A program made the translations under genes and the position numbers. Positions 52,018 to 64,000 of a DNA stretch of 64,000 bases are shown piece by piece. Numbering within the stretch: position 1 is the first letter of the stretch; every line of letters starts with the position of its first letter. The notes under the pieces are model-generated. The model saw only the letters and a list, made by a program, of their open reading frames with translations. It was not told the DNA's origin and did not search any database. This DNA comes from Octopus sinensis (taxonomy: Eukaryota): contig NC_043003.1 in the NCBI RefSeq assembly GCF_006345805.1, positions 62,062,001-62,126,000 on the forward strand, in the 5' to 3' direction.

Positions 52018-53729
52018 TAATTTCAACAATTGAGGCAAATTAATTAATTATTAATAATTTTCACCAAGTGTCAGTATGCAAAGGGCCATTCAAGGCGAAT
52101 TCAAATTATACATTATAAAAAGGGCTTAGTAAATAAATTACTTTGCCGCATACTGAACTCATAGAAATAGCAGCTAAAAACTTTTTAAAACTATTTCTAA
52201 ACTTAAAGAAAATCTCTTCATATATAGTGTTTGCTTAATTCAACTCACAAAAGTTTGGGGGTAAGGACATCGAAAAATCAAATGCTAGGTTATTCGAGAA
52301 CGTACGTTAAGATAGTCAAAACAACATTTCTATCATAGGTCAAATTCCTGGTTTGGATTTGAAACACTGAAAATAGACATACTTCGAAGATTGCTCCAAC
52401 TACAGTGCCAACAAATTCAAAAAAGCAAGCGAAGATTCGGTCACCAGCGTGGGTTAAAATCATCAAACACTATGCTATTCGGTAAAATCCGAAGCATTAA
52501 TCAGAGGGAGATTAATTATAATTTCAACAATGAGGCAAAATTAATTAATTATTAATCAATTTCACCAAGTGTCAGTAGCAAGGGACCATTCAACGAATTC
52601 AAATTATTACATTATATAAAAGGGCTTAGTAAAATAATTATTTTGCCGCATAGAACTCATTAGAAATAGTGCTATTTCTAATGAGTTCAGTATGCGGCAA
52701 AGTAATTTATTTCTAAGCCCTTTTATATAATGCAATTGATTCGCCTGAATGGTCCCTTTGCATACTGAACATGTGAAATTGATTAATAATTAATAATGCC
52801 CTCAATTGTTGAAATTATAATTAATCTCCTCGATTAATGCTTCGATTTACCGAAATAAGCATAGTGTTTGATGATTTTAACCCACGCTGGTGGAAGGGGA
52901 GAACAGAGTTCTTCGCTGCTTATTTTGAATTTGTTGGCACTGTTAGTTGGGAGCAGACTTCGAAAGGTATGTTCTTATCAGTGTCCAAATCCAACCAAGG
53001 ATTCTGACCGATGATAGAAATGTTGTTTTGACTAATCTTGAACGTACGTTTCGAATAACTTAGCATTGATTTTTCGATGTCCTTACCCCCAACTTTTGTG
53101 AGTTGAATAAGCAAACACTATATATGAGAGAGATTTTCTTTAAGTATTTAGTTTTAAAAAAGTTTTTTAGCTGCTATTTCTAATGAGTTCAGTATCGGCA
53201 AGTAGTAATTATTTAAGCCCTTTTATATATGTAATAATTTGAATTGCCTTGATGGTCCCTTTGCATACTTAACATTGGTGAAATTGATTAATAATTAATT
53301 AATTTGCCTCAATTGTTGAAATATAATAATCTCCCTTGATAATGCTCGGATTTTACCGAAATAGCATAGTGTTTGATGATTTTAACCCCGCTGGTGGAAA
53401 GGGGAGAACAGAGATTCTTCGCTTGCATTTTGAATGTTGGCACTGTTAGTTGAGAGATCTTCGAAGGGTATTTCTTATTTCAGTGTTTCCAAATCCAAAC
53501 CAAGGAATTTCTGAGCCGATGATAGAAATGTGTTTGACTAATCTTGAACGTACGTTCTCGAATAACTTATATTTGATTTTCGGTGTCCTTACCCCAAACT
53601 TTTGTGATGAATTAAGCAAACACTATATGAGAGAGATTTTCTTTAGTATTAGAATAGTTTTAAAAAAGTTTTAGCTGCTATTTCTAATGAGTTCAGTATG
53701 CGGCAAAGTAATTATTTTACTAGCCCTTT

Positions 53730-53733
<4 letters not shown>
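52018..53733. repeat. ~500-bp tandem array with a fold-back orientation switch at 52670/52671
   Basis: TAATTTCAACAA at 52018 and 52519 (period 501); inverted GCTATTTCTAATGAG at 52671, 53173 and 53677 (periods 502, 504); junction ACTCATTAGAAATAG-TG-CTATTTCTAATGAGT; both ends abut AT-rich microsatellite. Confidence 0.92.
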
Positions 53734-53771
<38 letters not shown>

Positions 53772-53904
53772 TTTAAGTATGTATATGTATATAGATAAAT
53801 GTATGTATATATATATATATATATATTTGAAGACAAGAGAAGAGTGGAGATTTATTCACATCCAAAACTTTTTTATTAAAAAAGTTTTCTATAGCCTATA
53901 TAAC

Positions 53905-53998
53905 AATGACCAACATATGTTTCAACTGCAGCAACTACACATTGCTCCATATGCATTTATGCATCCTAGTTACTGTAATTTCATCAAGGGTTCATCAC
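53905..53998 (-). ncRNA. Decayed minimal type-I hammerhead ribozyme in the Penelope 3' UTR
   Basis: The - strand reads GATGAACC-CTTGATGA-AATTACAGTAACT...AGTTGCTGCAGTT-GAAA-CATATG-TT-GGTCATT: a 13-bp stem II (2 G-U, 1 mismatch), palindromic stem III CATATG, and one extra T in the core. Confidence 0.6.
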
Positions 53999-54379
53999 TT
54001 ATGACATTTTCAAAGTGAACCAATTCAAACAAGCTTCCTGTGATGGTATTCAGTGGAAGGTTATAGCATTACTTTGTAAATCAAATTGAATTCTAATCTT
54101 ATAATCACCTCTACTGGTATTACAGTTGAATCGTGGTTTATAAATGTTCATTCATATTATAATCAATTGTTACTGTGTTTTGTTTACATTTTACTTCATG
54201 GAGTACGTTATTTATTCAGAGGTAATTCACTTATGTTTGGGTTTATACCTTCAATACTATATTGTTATTATTACTATAATTATTTTAGTATTATTTGCAA
54301 AAATATCATTAATTATTACAATCATTATGTTAACTAGTATAATTACAATAGATGGTAATTTATGTTCTTTAAATCATTT

Positions 54380-55960
54380 AAATATATATTTAATTCAATG
54401 TGGACATCTCATAGCCTGTTCTTGTCTATTGTATATAATAGTATATTTAAGAAAAAAAATTTGGTACATTTCCTCCACACAATGGTACATCTATTATTAC
54501 CTATTCTATAGGATTTTGCTTTACTAATAATTTCCCAAGCAATCGAAAATATTTTGTTACTATCTTTATGTGCCCAAATTAGCTTACTAAGGCTGGTAGT
54601 ATTCATTTTGTTCCTATTTCTATTAAACTTAAATGATTGGCCTTTTCTGCTTAATATAACATGAGCTACTTCCTATATAGAAATATTCTCTATGCTGAAG
54701 TAATCTTACATCTATATACAATCTTTTTGTATTTACAATCAGAGCCAAGTGGACTGGCCCTGTACTTTTCACAGTTACAACTAATAGTTCTAGTACTTCC
54801 ATCACTATCATCCACTTCAACTACTCTAGATGTGGTTTTAATATTCTCCTGTCTATCTTCTAAGATATTATTTCTCGCCACAGAGATAACACTCTGAGTA
54901 CTTTGCCATCTAGGATTGATATCCACTTCTTCCAGGCCAACTGTGGAGCTCCCTCAGGTCTCTTCAACTCCATTGGTTGTCAAACAATAGTTTCTATCCT
55001 GATACCCAGCTGTGTTACCCATGGTTTGTCTGCTCATGTTGAAATTGTTGCTATTTATTGATCTATAATTATAATTCTGGTTACTATTATTGCTTTTACT
55101 CATGTGGAAACTTAAATTTACTATCATTGTGTGCAGCTATAATTTGTTCTAGATTTTTTACTATTAAAGAAAGCTAATCTAACCTGTTTATTATAAAATA
55201 TTCTATAGTATATTTTGGTATATTGGAAATCATTTGTTTTCTGAAGGGAATTATTTACCATTTGATATAGATAGAGGTATCCATATTACTAAGGTATGTA
55301 TTTCTGTTTCTACCTTAGCTTTTTGTAAAAGTGTGTAATCTCTTTATCTGGTTCTTATTATGGCATTGGGTTTGTTTTCTATTATATTTGTCAATTATTT
55401 GTATATTACTATTTACAGAGTTTACGTATTGCTTAGGTAAATTTATTATGAAATTTATAAAAGTCCTCATTTATTTTAAATACTTCCTCATTCACTGAGA
55501 GTTAATTAATTTGGATTGATATATTTTCTACTATTGATCTGGTAATACTTTTTGGGTGAAAGTATCTAAGGTTTGTATTAGGTTTATGATAAGGTGCGTG
55601 TATATCTTACTTAGATGTAAGGCCTGTGTATACCTGTACTTAGATCTAAATTAACATCAAGAAAGTTAACTGAGTTATGTTCCTTTTCTATAGATATTGA
55701 GACTCCTATGTTTTCAAAGAACCTAAAAAATGTCTTCCTATATTTTTCTATGTCTCAATTTGAGGGGTTAAACTGAGTGAAAAGTGCATTATCCCTGTAT
55801 AGACCCCTTCATATTTCTAGGAGTTCTTTATACAGGTAAAATAAAATGTATGTCTCTATTAGGTCTGTTACCTGTGCAGAGTTTGTCTATCCCATTGTTA
55901 TATCGAACATCTCTGGTCTATCCTTTCTCACCTAGTACTTTCCCTCAAATTTTATAATTC
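54380..55960 (-). mobile_element. Penelope-like element relic (RT plus GIY-YIG endonuclease)
   Basis: FDITMG, GLYRDNA (55785-55805), VNFLDVNLDLSTG (55632-55670), CNCEKYRASPLGSDCKYKKIVY, TSLSKLIWAHKD...AWEIISKAKSY. Confidence 0.85.
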
Positions 55961-56634
55961 CAAAGCATGTTTATCGACTTTTTGATGTTTACATTATTCT
56001 CGAGTACAAAGTGCGTGCACACACACACACACGCGCATGCACACACACACACACACGTGCACGCACACACACACACACACATACACAATAAGAATCTTTA
56101 TATTTCAGCACTTTCTGATTGGAAATGTAAACACCAGAAAGAAAACTGATATACATGTGCTTTCAAACAAAAATACCTTGTATAGCATTTGTTCCACTTG
56201 AGTTCCACAGATACTTTCCTGTCACTTGCATCATCATAAATGCAGTGAACCAGTGACTGTTCTGTTTGAAACCTGTAACCGATGGCATTATTCTTCACAG
56301 AATGCAATATAAAATAAAATACAATTAAATAACTATAACAACATTTCTCTTAAATAACTACTGCATCATTTCTCTTGTCAGCTAGGGGCATTATCATGCT
56401 GATGACATCTTGAGGAAAATTGATTGAATTTATTTTCTTCTGGGAGAGAGATGTCCTTATGTGTGAAAGGTGGCTTTCTTTAGTACAATTTGGGCTTTCA
56501 ATTGTAGTTAGCATTTTTAATGTGTTTTTCTCTTTCTAGTTTGCTCCTTAATGTCTAGGTAAAAAGAACAAACAAAAACAACTCTTAAATTCTATTTCTG
56601 AATTGAAATTTTTTTAATAGCAATTTGCTTATAT

Positions 56635-56675
<41 letters not shown>

Positions 56676-56870
56676 CATACATATATACCTATATATATAT
56701 ATATGTGTGTGTGTATATATATGTATGTATATAGTCATATATACATGCATACATACATACATACATACATGCATGCATTCATACGTACATACATACATAC
56801 ATACATACATACATACATACATACATACATACATCATACATATATGCATACCTACATATGTGTGTGTGCA
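56635..56870. repeat. Compound (CA)n/(TA)n/(TACA)n microsatellite
   Basis: Directly visible; explains ORFs 56592..56930. Confidence 0.95.
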
Positions 56871-56874
56871 TATA

Positions 56875-58102
56875 CAGGGGTTGGACAAAATAATGGAAAC
56901 ACCTTAAAATTTCAAACAAATTTATTTTAATATGGGATAGGACTGCCTTTGGCAGTAATTACAGCTTAAATTTTATGAGGCCTGGACTTGTACAAAGTTT
57001 CTAAAACAGTCTACAATTCTTGTAGTGATGATGGTGGAGGATATCGACTCCTTACTTGTTTTTCTAAAATGCACCATAAATGCTCAGTAATATTGAGATC
57101 TGGGGACTGTGATGCCCAGATAAGATGTTCAACTTCACTAGAATGTTTCTTGTGCCATTCAGTAACAATTTTAGCTGTGTGAATTTGTGCATTATCATCC
57201 TGAAAGATTGCTTCCCTCTGGAAACAATTCTGCAATCAGAAGATGAATTTGATTAGATAAAATACTTAAATAGTCTTGACTATTAATTTTGACATGAAGG
57301 GAAACCATTGAGCCAGCAGATTTCCAAGATATAGCACCCCCCCCCCCCACCAGATCATCACAGATCCTCCTCCATGTTTAACAGTTGGAAGAAGGTAGTC
57401 TGGGTCAAATGCTTCCTTTGACTGTCTCCACATGTATACTTGGTGGGTGGTCAGAAATAAGGTAAAAGATGACTCATCCAAGAAAATAACATTCTTACAC
57501 TGCTCTAGGGACTAATACTGTAGGTTTTTATTCCATTCTAAATGCTTTGCAACGTTTATTTTTGAAAATAGTGTTTCTTTTTATTGCAGCCCTCCCATGA
57601 AGTCCAGCTTTGTGAAGCTCCTAGTGAACAGTTTTTGTGGGAACTGGGTTCTTGAGGTGGTCATTAAATTTTGCAGTAATTTTGGGAGCTGTACTTATGT
57701 GATCCTTTCTAACAATTCGTGTAAGAGTCTGACGGTCTTTATCTGAAAGTTTTGACTTTCTTCTGGAGTTTTGTTCCAACAAGGAGGTTTTTCCCTCTTT
57801 CTCGAGACAGTACTTCTTGATACACCAAACATTTCAGTTGTTTTCATAATGCTAGCGCCTGCCATACAAGTGCCAACAATTTGACCTCTTTGAAAGTCTG
57901 ATAGATCTGTCATTTTAATGAATTTTAATTACCTTTTCCTGATGATATCTGGAAAGAAACAGCAATTTTAACAAAACATACTAAGCGACACTAATAATAA
58001 ATAAAAAAACATGAAAATAAACAAGCTTTTGACAGTTTTATAGATATTTCAAAATTATGATACTATGATGCTAGGTGTTTCCATTATTTTGTTCAACCCC
58101 TG
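56875..58102 (-). mobile_element. Tc1-like DNA transposon, full length, transposase pseudogenised
   Basis: 30-bp TIRs CAGGGGTTGGACAAAATAATGGAAACACCT (1 mismatch between ends) with TA on both sides. Fragments: DLSDFQRGQIVG, DESSF, TVKHGGGSVMIW, FQDDNAQIH, WASQSPDLNITEHLW. Confidence 0.95.
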
Positions 58103-58799
58103 TATATAATAAAGTTAGTTTTCTATATCATGTTGTGCATGGAAACAATCTAACATTAGGCTAAAGGATTATTCAATACTTTTTAGTACAGGACATATTT
58201 ATTAACCTTTACAAGGAAAATGTTGACAGTAACTTTAAAGTTTTGAATTGCTTGGCTTCATCATAATATATGTATCGTTATGAACTATGTGATAGCCTGC
58301 CATCTTTTTCAGAGATGAGTTTCAACATCCTGGAGACCAAAAGGTTTGACCTCATGAGCTCTTCAAGTCAAGACAGATTTTAATTGCTTACATGTAAATT
58401 ATCTTTGCCATTAGACTGTAGCTTTTCAGTATAAATAACCACTGTTTCTCAAAAGTGATCTGTTATAATTGCTTAGTACCCCGGCATAAGTGGTCAGATT
58501 CTCAGATGTTAGTAGGTATTTGGAATGCTGCTATAAAATAAGTTAGTAATTTGGTGTACTCTGAGGATAGTTGAGTTTTGATGCTCTAGGCAGAAGGTTT
58601 TTTTCATAATGATCAATTATGAAACACATTTTTTTTCTTAACTGTGTATTGTTTTGCTGAAAAACTGCTATTATTTGTTGTATTTTATTTGTGCTCAAAG
58701 ATGTGAAAGACAACTATAATTTTAACAAAGTGCACCCTCATTTGATAATTGTCTCCTAATTAGCATGAATGTAAAACAAGAAAAACAAGAGGTATCATT

Positions 58800-59701
58800 T
58801 CTAATCATATCTATAAAAGGGAGGATGTGTGTGTGTACGTGATTGTAATTTATGCACATCCACAAATTAGCACACATGTCGCTCAAATTTTAGGTCATTT
58901 GTCAACATCCTATCTGGGTTTTGTCAACTTATTTTTTTCCTGAGGCACCTGCGGATAGGGTAAAAATCTATTTTCAACCATTTTCAACCATAGCTTTTAA
59001 CCATAACAAATATCAGCCATTGCTTTTTGATGGTATCTAACAAAAAAAAAAAACGATAAAGAAAAGTGGAAGAAGGAGGCAGAGAGTTTCACGGGAAAGA
59101 CAAAGTGAGAGAGGGAGAGAGAGAGAGTAAGTGACTATGATCATAAAAAATAAAATGTAAAATGTTTTGTTTTTTGTTTTTGAAAGGCACACTATATTTT
59201 ATAATCATAGTATATATACTTTCTCACACAACAATTACAATATATTTATTTTAAATCATTTATTTATTTTAAATCGTTCATCTTCCCCCCTCCCTCTCTC
59301 TCTCACACACATTACTTTGGGTGCGAAAGAGTTTTGCTTTTATTTTACGTCGAGTAAAAAAATGTTTTGTTGACAATCCATTTATTTAACAACAAAGAAA
59401 CAAAGAGGTGAGTAACAATTTGTCAGTGAATTACACAATATAAATGGGTACAATTTGCGAGGCTTCCACCACACCTCACTCCGTTTCACGGACCACAAAA
59501 AGGCCAGAGTAGTTGATTCCATGCAAAAAACCCAATTTTTTTCTTAGTGAAAATTGTGCAAGTGCTAATCTACGAATTTAACAACATTTTTTCCATTCAT
59601 TTCTGTTTATGAACATGTATGCGTGCACAAAACATGCAATAGGTGTACGTACGTACGTGTGTATATGTGTGTTCGTGTCTGTTGCCCATATATATTTATA
59701 T

Positions 59702-59741
<40 letters not shown>

Positions 59742-59864
59742 ACTAATTTCAATGGATTTCACCCAAATTTAACGTCTATATTACTTAGTTTGATTTGAAA
59801 TAAAGAACTTGATTAGCTTAATAATCGTAACTTAATCCTGGGCAAGGCCGGGTTATACTGCTAG
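58800..59864 (+). mobile_element. Non-autonomous Helitron-like element
   Basis: 5' TCTAATCATATCTATAAAAGGGAGGATGTGTGTG; 3' GC-rich hairpin CCTGG-GCAAGG-CCGGG followed by TTATACTG-CTAG|T; CpG-richer than the flanks. Confidence 0.6.
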
Positions 59865-62800
59865 TCTATAAACACTTCTTGGAAAGCATAAATTTTTACT
59901 GGCAGTTCAACAGAAATAACATGATATTAAACATTATAAGAACTATTTTGAGTCAGAAAAGAACCAGAGTCCTACTGATTACATGATTCTTCCTCAAACT
60001 GGTATGTGTAAATTTTTATGTTATTTTAAGTTGAATAGCTTAGTAACAATTTATTCCTAATATGATTAATAGAGCTCTTTCTCTTTGCAAACAATCATAC
60101 CAGCTTGGGGGACTTTGGTATACTTTAGATTGGTGAGTGTTTAAGTGTGTATGTATAGATACATGTCATACAACTTAACCCACTAATACTAAGTGACTGA
60201 CCAACTGTCTTGGGGAGATAAAAATGACAGTTAAAAAAGCAGAAGAAATGGATTAATAATGCTTTGTTTGAGAAAGAATGTCAGTTTCTCAGTAGTATAA
60301 TCAATAACAGAGTCATTCTGCAAGTGATGGATACAAGATTTGAGTCTTATCAGTGAGTCTGTTGCCTTTTTGTGTCTCAAGTAGCTGCTTAAAGTTTGCA
60401 TATGTATTTATGTATGTGTGCACGTGCACACATGCATACACATGTGGATGCACACACACACACATGCACACACTCACACTGCATTGCTCTTTCTCTTTTA
60501 ATTCACTACCTTCATCATTTTATTTCTCCCTCTTTCTCTCCATTTCTCAACATCATGACTTTTTACCTCTCTTTTCTTGCTCATCTCTCCCTACACAGTT
60601 CTTACCCTTTGTCATCAAATTTGTAATTCTTTTACCAGCAAAGCATCTTGCTCAAAACTGAAAAATCTGCTTCATCTCATAATTATATTCCTTTCAATTG
60701 TTTTAACTGATCCTTTTTTTTTTTCACTTTTCTTCCTTCTATCCCTTCCCTTTATTGGTCCAGCTTACTTCATTTTGTGATCTTTATAAAACTAATTTTT
60801 GCAAATTGAGAGATCAGCACTAGCTACCTTCAAATACCTCGATTTTAATTTTTTTACGAAATTGGTAGTTATGTAAGGAATTACATGTAGAGGGTAGAAA
60901 AATGCACAATTTTGATTTATGAAACTATGAGAGGCTAAGAGTCTTGAAAGATGACTAATAATTGATACCATGAGAATGAAAGGAGTGAAATGGTTATAAC
61001 TCTGAAATAGTATCAGGATGTACTAAGGAGTCACAAAGGAAGAAAATCATTGAAATAACAGTGTGCCTGCTGTTATATGCAAAAGCTGTGTGATACAGTT
61101 ACTATATTAGGGTGGTGTAAAAATGATGTATGCTTAAGGTTAAAATGTCCTGAAAATTGATGTGGATTAATGTAATAAGATGTAGGCTGTGTGTTAATAA
61201 TCAACATAATGTTTTTTGTTCCTTTATGTTCTTAAATCAATATTTTTGGTCAATAGAGAATATGCACAGGAAACTTCTGTTTAAATGACTATTAACAAAC
61301 TTAGTGTTGGTGTAAAGATGTTTTATAATAGGTCATTATATTTATTTTGAGTTCAGAGAGAGAGAGGGAGAGAGAGTAGAGAATTATATGTCTTTGTGAA
61401 ATATGTTCACCTTGAGAGAGATAAAAGAAGTGAATGTATAAATGAACTCAACTTTTTTTTACCAGACCACTCAGTAAGAATTTTGTTAGAACTGTGACAA
61501 AACTCTCATGAAAGTGATAAATTCATTCTGTTTATCAAGTTTGAAAGAGTGGAAAAAAACTGCACAGATATGCAACAGGCAGCCATTTTATTGAATGGAA
61601 AATAGTAATCTTGACTATATACACATATGACCAAATAGAGTTCTTTGAGTGATGGAAAAAGTCAATTGCTGCCATTGTAGAAGTAAACTGGTGCTGAATG
61701 TGCCAAATTTTCAAGATTTTCCTTTGATCTTTTTTTCTATAACAGCATGACAGATACAAATTGGTTACAGTTGTTGTCAAAACTTATCAACATTATAAGT
61801 GATCAGAAATATGAGTGGTGAGTTGTCCACTATATATATATGACTGATAACATTATTTTCATTTGATCTAAATTAGAATTGTTTAGATTAGTAAATAGGG
61901 AGTAAATTTTTCATGAAGAGAAATAGAAAAAGCTGTACAGTTTTCAGGGATTGTTTCCGGTTTGTATCTTACCCAAAAGTTGAGGTAGCTACAAATATAA
62001 ACAAATATTCACTACAAAAGGGAAATTTCAGAGCTCACATACTTATGGAGTGAATCATGTATGTTAAGAGTCAATCATACAGGGAAGCTAGTACAGAAGT
62101 ACAGAAAAGAGTAAGCAGAATGCAAGTTAGGCTATTGTATTCAAGGCTTTATTCTAAACCCTCTACTATCTACCTCTACAATTTTGAGCCATTCGCTTAG
62201 AAATAAAAACAGGATATTGAAAGAAGCTTTTATATGCCAACTATCTAATTCCTATTGCAGAATCTATAAAAAAAATATGGAATAATTGTGTATTTTGAGG
62301 TTCACTCTTCATTGCTTGAAGAGTTTAATCAGTATTCAAATATATTCAGCAATTAAAAACAGAACTGAGATTTTCCACACATTCCTTCTTGATTGGAAAA
62401 GAATATAACATTTGTGAAGAGATTTTGTTTTTCTCTTCACAACCATAATTGAAATGTATTTCAATAATGGAAATTTATAGAAATTTTTGTTATGTATATT
62501 CTTTAAATTTTACAAGATGCAAAGTTCAAATGGAGAAATATTCTTGTAGTTTTGAAATTTCTGAACTTCATCTTTTGAGGAAAAAAGATATTGTGAAACT
62601 GAGACTGTAATACAAATATTTTTGATAACATTTTTATATCTAATTTTTAATATGTAATTTTTCATTTGATTTTCTATTTTATGTCCTAGAAACAGTATCG
62701 ATAAGATATAAATTCAGAAAAAATGATACATGAGGACATTGAAATTTATATCTCATTTATTCTTCATTTCATATACAATTTTTTATATATCTAGAAATTT

Positions 62801-64000
62801 CAGTAATTTTTAAATTTTAGAAGGAATTTAAAACTTGAAAAAGTTGGTGTAAGGCAAAGGTCTTGACTTTTGAAGTCCTCTGGTGCATTCTCCATATAGA
62901 TCTCATAATCCCGTTTGAAAGTGCGATGATAAAACAAATTATAAAATATAACCATTGCATGAATTTTGAGGAAATTTGCTGATATAATATAATCATTATT
63001 AGTGTACACTGTGAATGTTGTTTTTGCTTGTTGTTGATTTTTTTCTGGTTGTCATAGATTTTCACCTGCCAAGGTAGGTTGAATAGAGTGGATTACATAT
63101 AAGTGTTTTTACACATATTTACAAAATATTAGTTCCTGAGCATTGATTTCCTAATTAAATCAATAATAAATAAATCATTAAATATTGTCACCAAGTTCTA
63201 ACTCATTCCAACCATTAAGCTCTAAAAATGCAAGAAGAAAATATCCTTAGAAATTTACTTGATCTTGATAAATGCTAACAATAAATACACATAGTGCCAT
63301 CAAGAAGTCTTTTGATATGAAATTCTTTCTAAAATAAGACTAAACTTTATTTCTCAAACAGAGGAATATTTAGTATTAATTTTTTGCCACTCCCCCAAAA
63401 AACAATACTATTTGAACTGCAATTTCATGTTGTTCAGGATCTGGTGACAGGTGGGGATTTATGAAATATAGGACTTTAAAAGTTTAAAGAGACCATAGCA
63501 AAAACATTAATGTATGAATACCAATATAAGTTACAAAGGCCAAATGAAAACAAGAAAATGGTATGTTGTATTTGTGAGAAGATGGTAGGTTGTAACTGAA
63601 TACTCTTTAGTCAGTTTTAATCATTGAGTGCACCAGAGATAAAGTAAAATTAATGTAGTATGGTTGGAAACCATTGAAATGGTTTCACGAAATGCACTAG
63701 AGTAACTTATAGCACAAGTATTCTTGAAATAAATGTTAGTTATGTACAAATCATATAGCTTACTTAAAATAGCAGGTAAGTGCTTCTCTGTAGGTGACTT
63801 CCTTAAGCTCTTCTTGAGTGAATATTGATATCTTAGTTGTTGGTGTTAGAGATCAAGAAGTATTGAAAACTTGCTACATTTTGAGAACACAGTTTCTCTT
63901 TTAATATAGTCAAAGGGCAAATTATATAAGACATACTGTGTTGTATGGGTAGTATAGGTTGGGGATATGTGTGTGTGCACGCACGTGCATACAGGTTGGA

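Noticed and set aside
56140-56290. Possible - strand exon (two open frames, CAAG|GTATTT donor)
   Set aside because: No recognisable homology and an ambiguous acceptor.

Overview
AT-rich, microsatellite-rich eukaryotic genomic DNA with very little protein-coding content. The repeat families (tRNA-derived SINEs with a central (TG)n/(TA)n tract, RTE LINEs with an (ATG)n tail, CR1-like LINEs, Penelope-like elements) suggest a cephalopod, probably an octopus; that is an inference from recalled repeat families, not a database result. The only host-gene sequence I can support is one 100-nt + strand exon of SPO11 (TOPRIM region, 8091-8190, AG/GT bounded). I could not find its neighbouring exons, so most of the window may be SPO11 intron and/or downstream intergenic DNA. 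The rest is a mosaic of transposon relics. LINEs: several RTE copies with a PHD finger inserted in the RT and three CR1/Zenon-like copies, one nearly intact. DNA transposons: two complete but decayed Tc1 elements with TIRs, a Tigger/pogo relic, a Chapaev3 deletion derivative with TAA TSD and a non-autonomous Helitron. Also present are Penelope-like fragments and many SINEs. Structural oddities: two decayed minimal hammerhead ribozymes, a ~500-bp tandem array with a fold-back inversion beside a Penelope 3' end, a ~317-bp hairpin element, a chimeric 235-bp duplication that looks like a deletion junction, and a SINE/LINE shared 3' stem-loop with compensatory changes. No CRISPR array, rRNA or genuine tRNA gene was seen. 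Most short ORFs in the track are microsatellite read-throughs or antisense to TE ORFs. Boundaries of decayed repeats are approximate.
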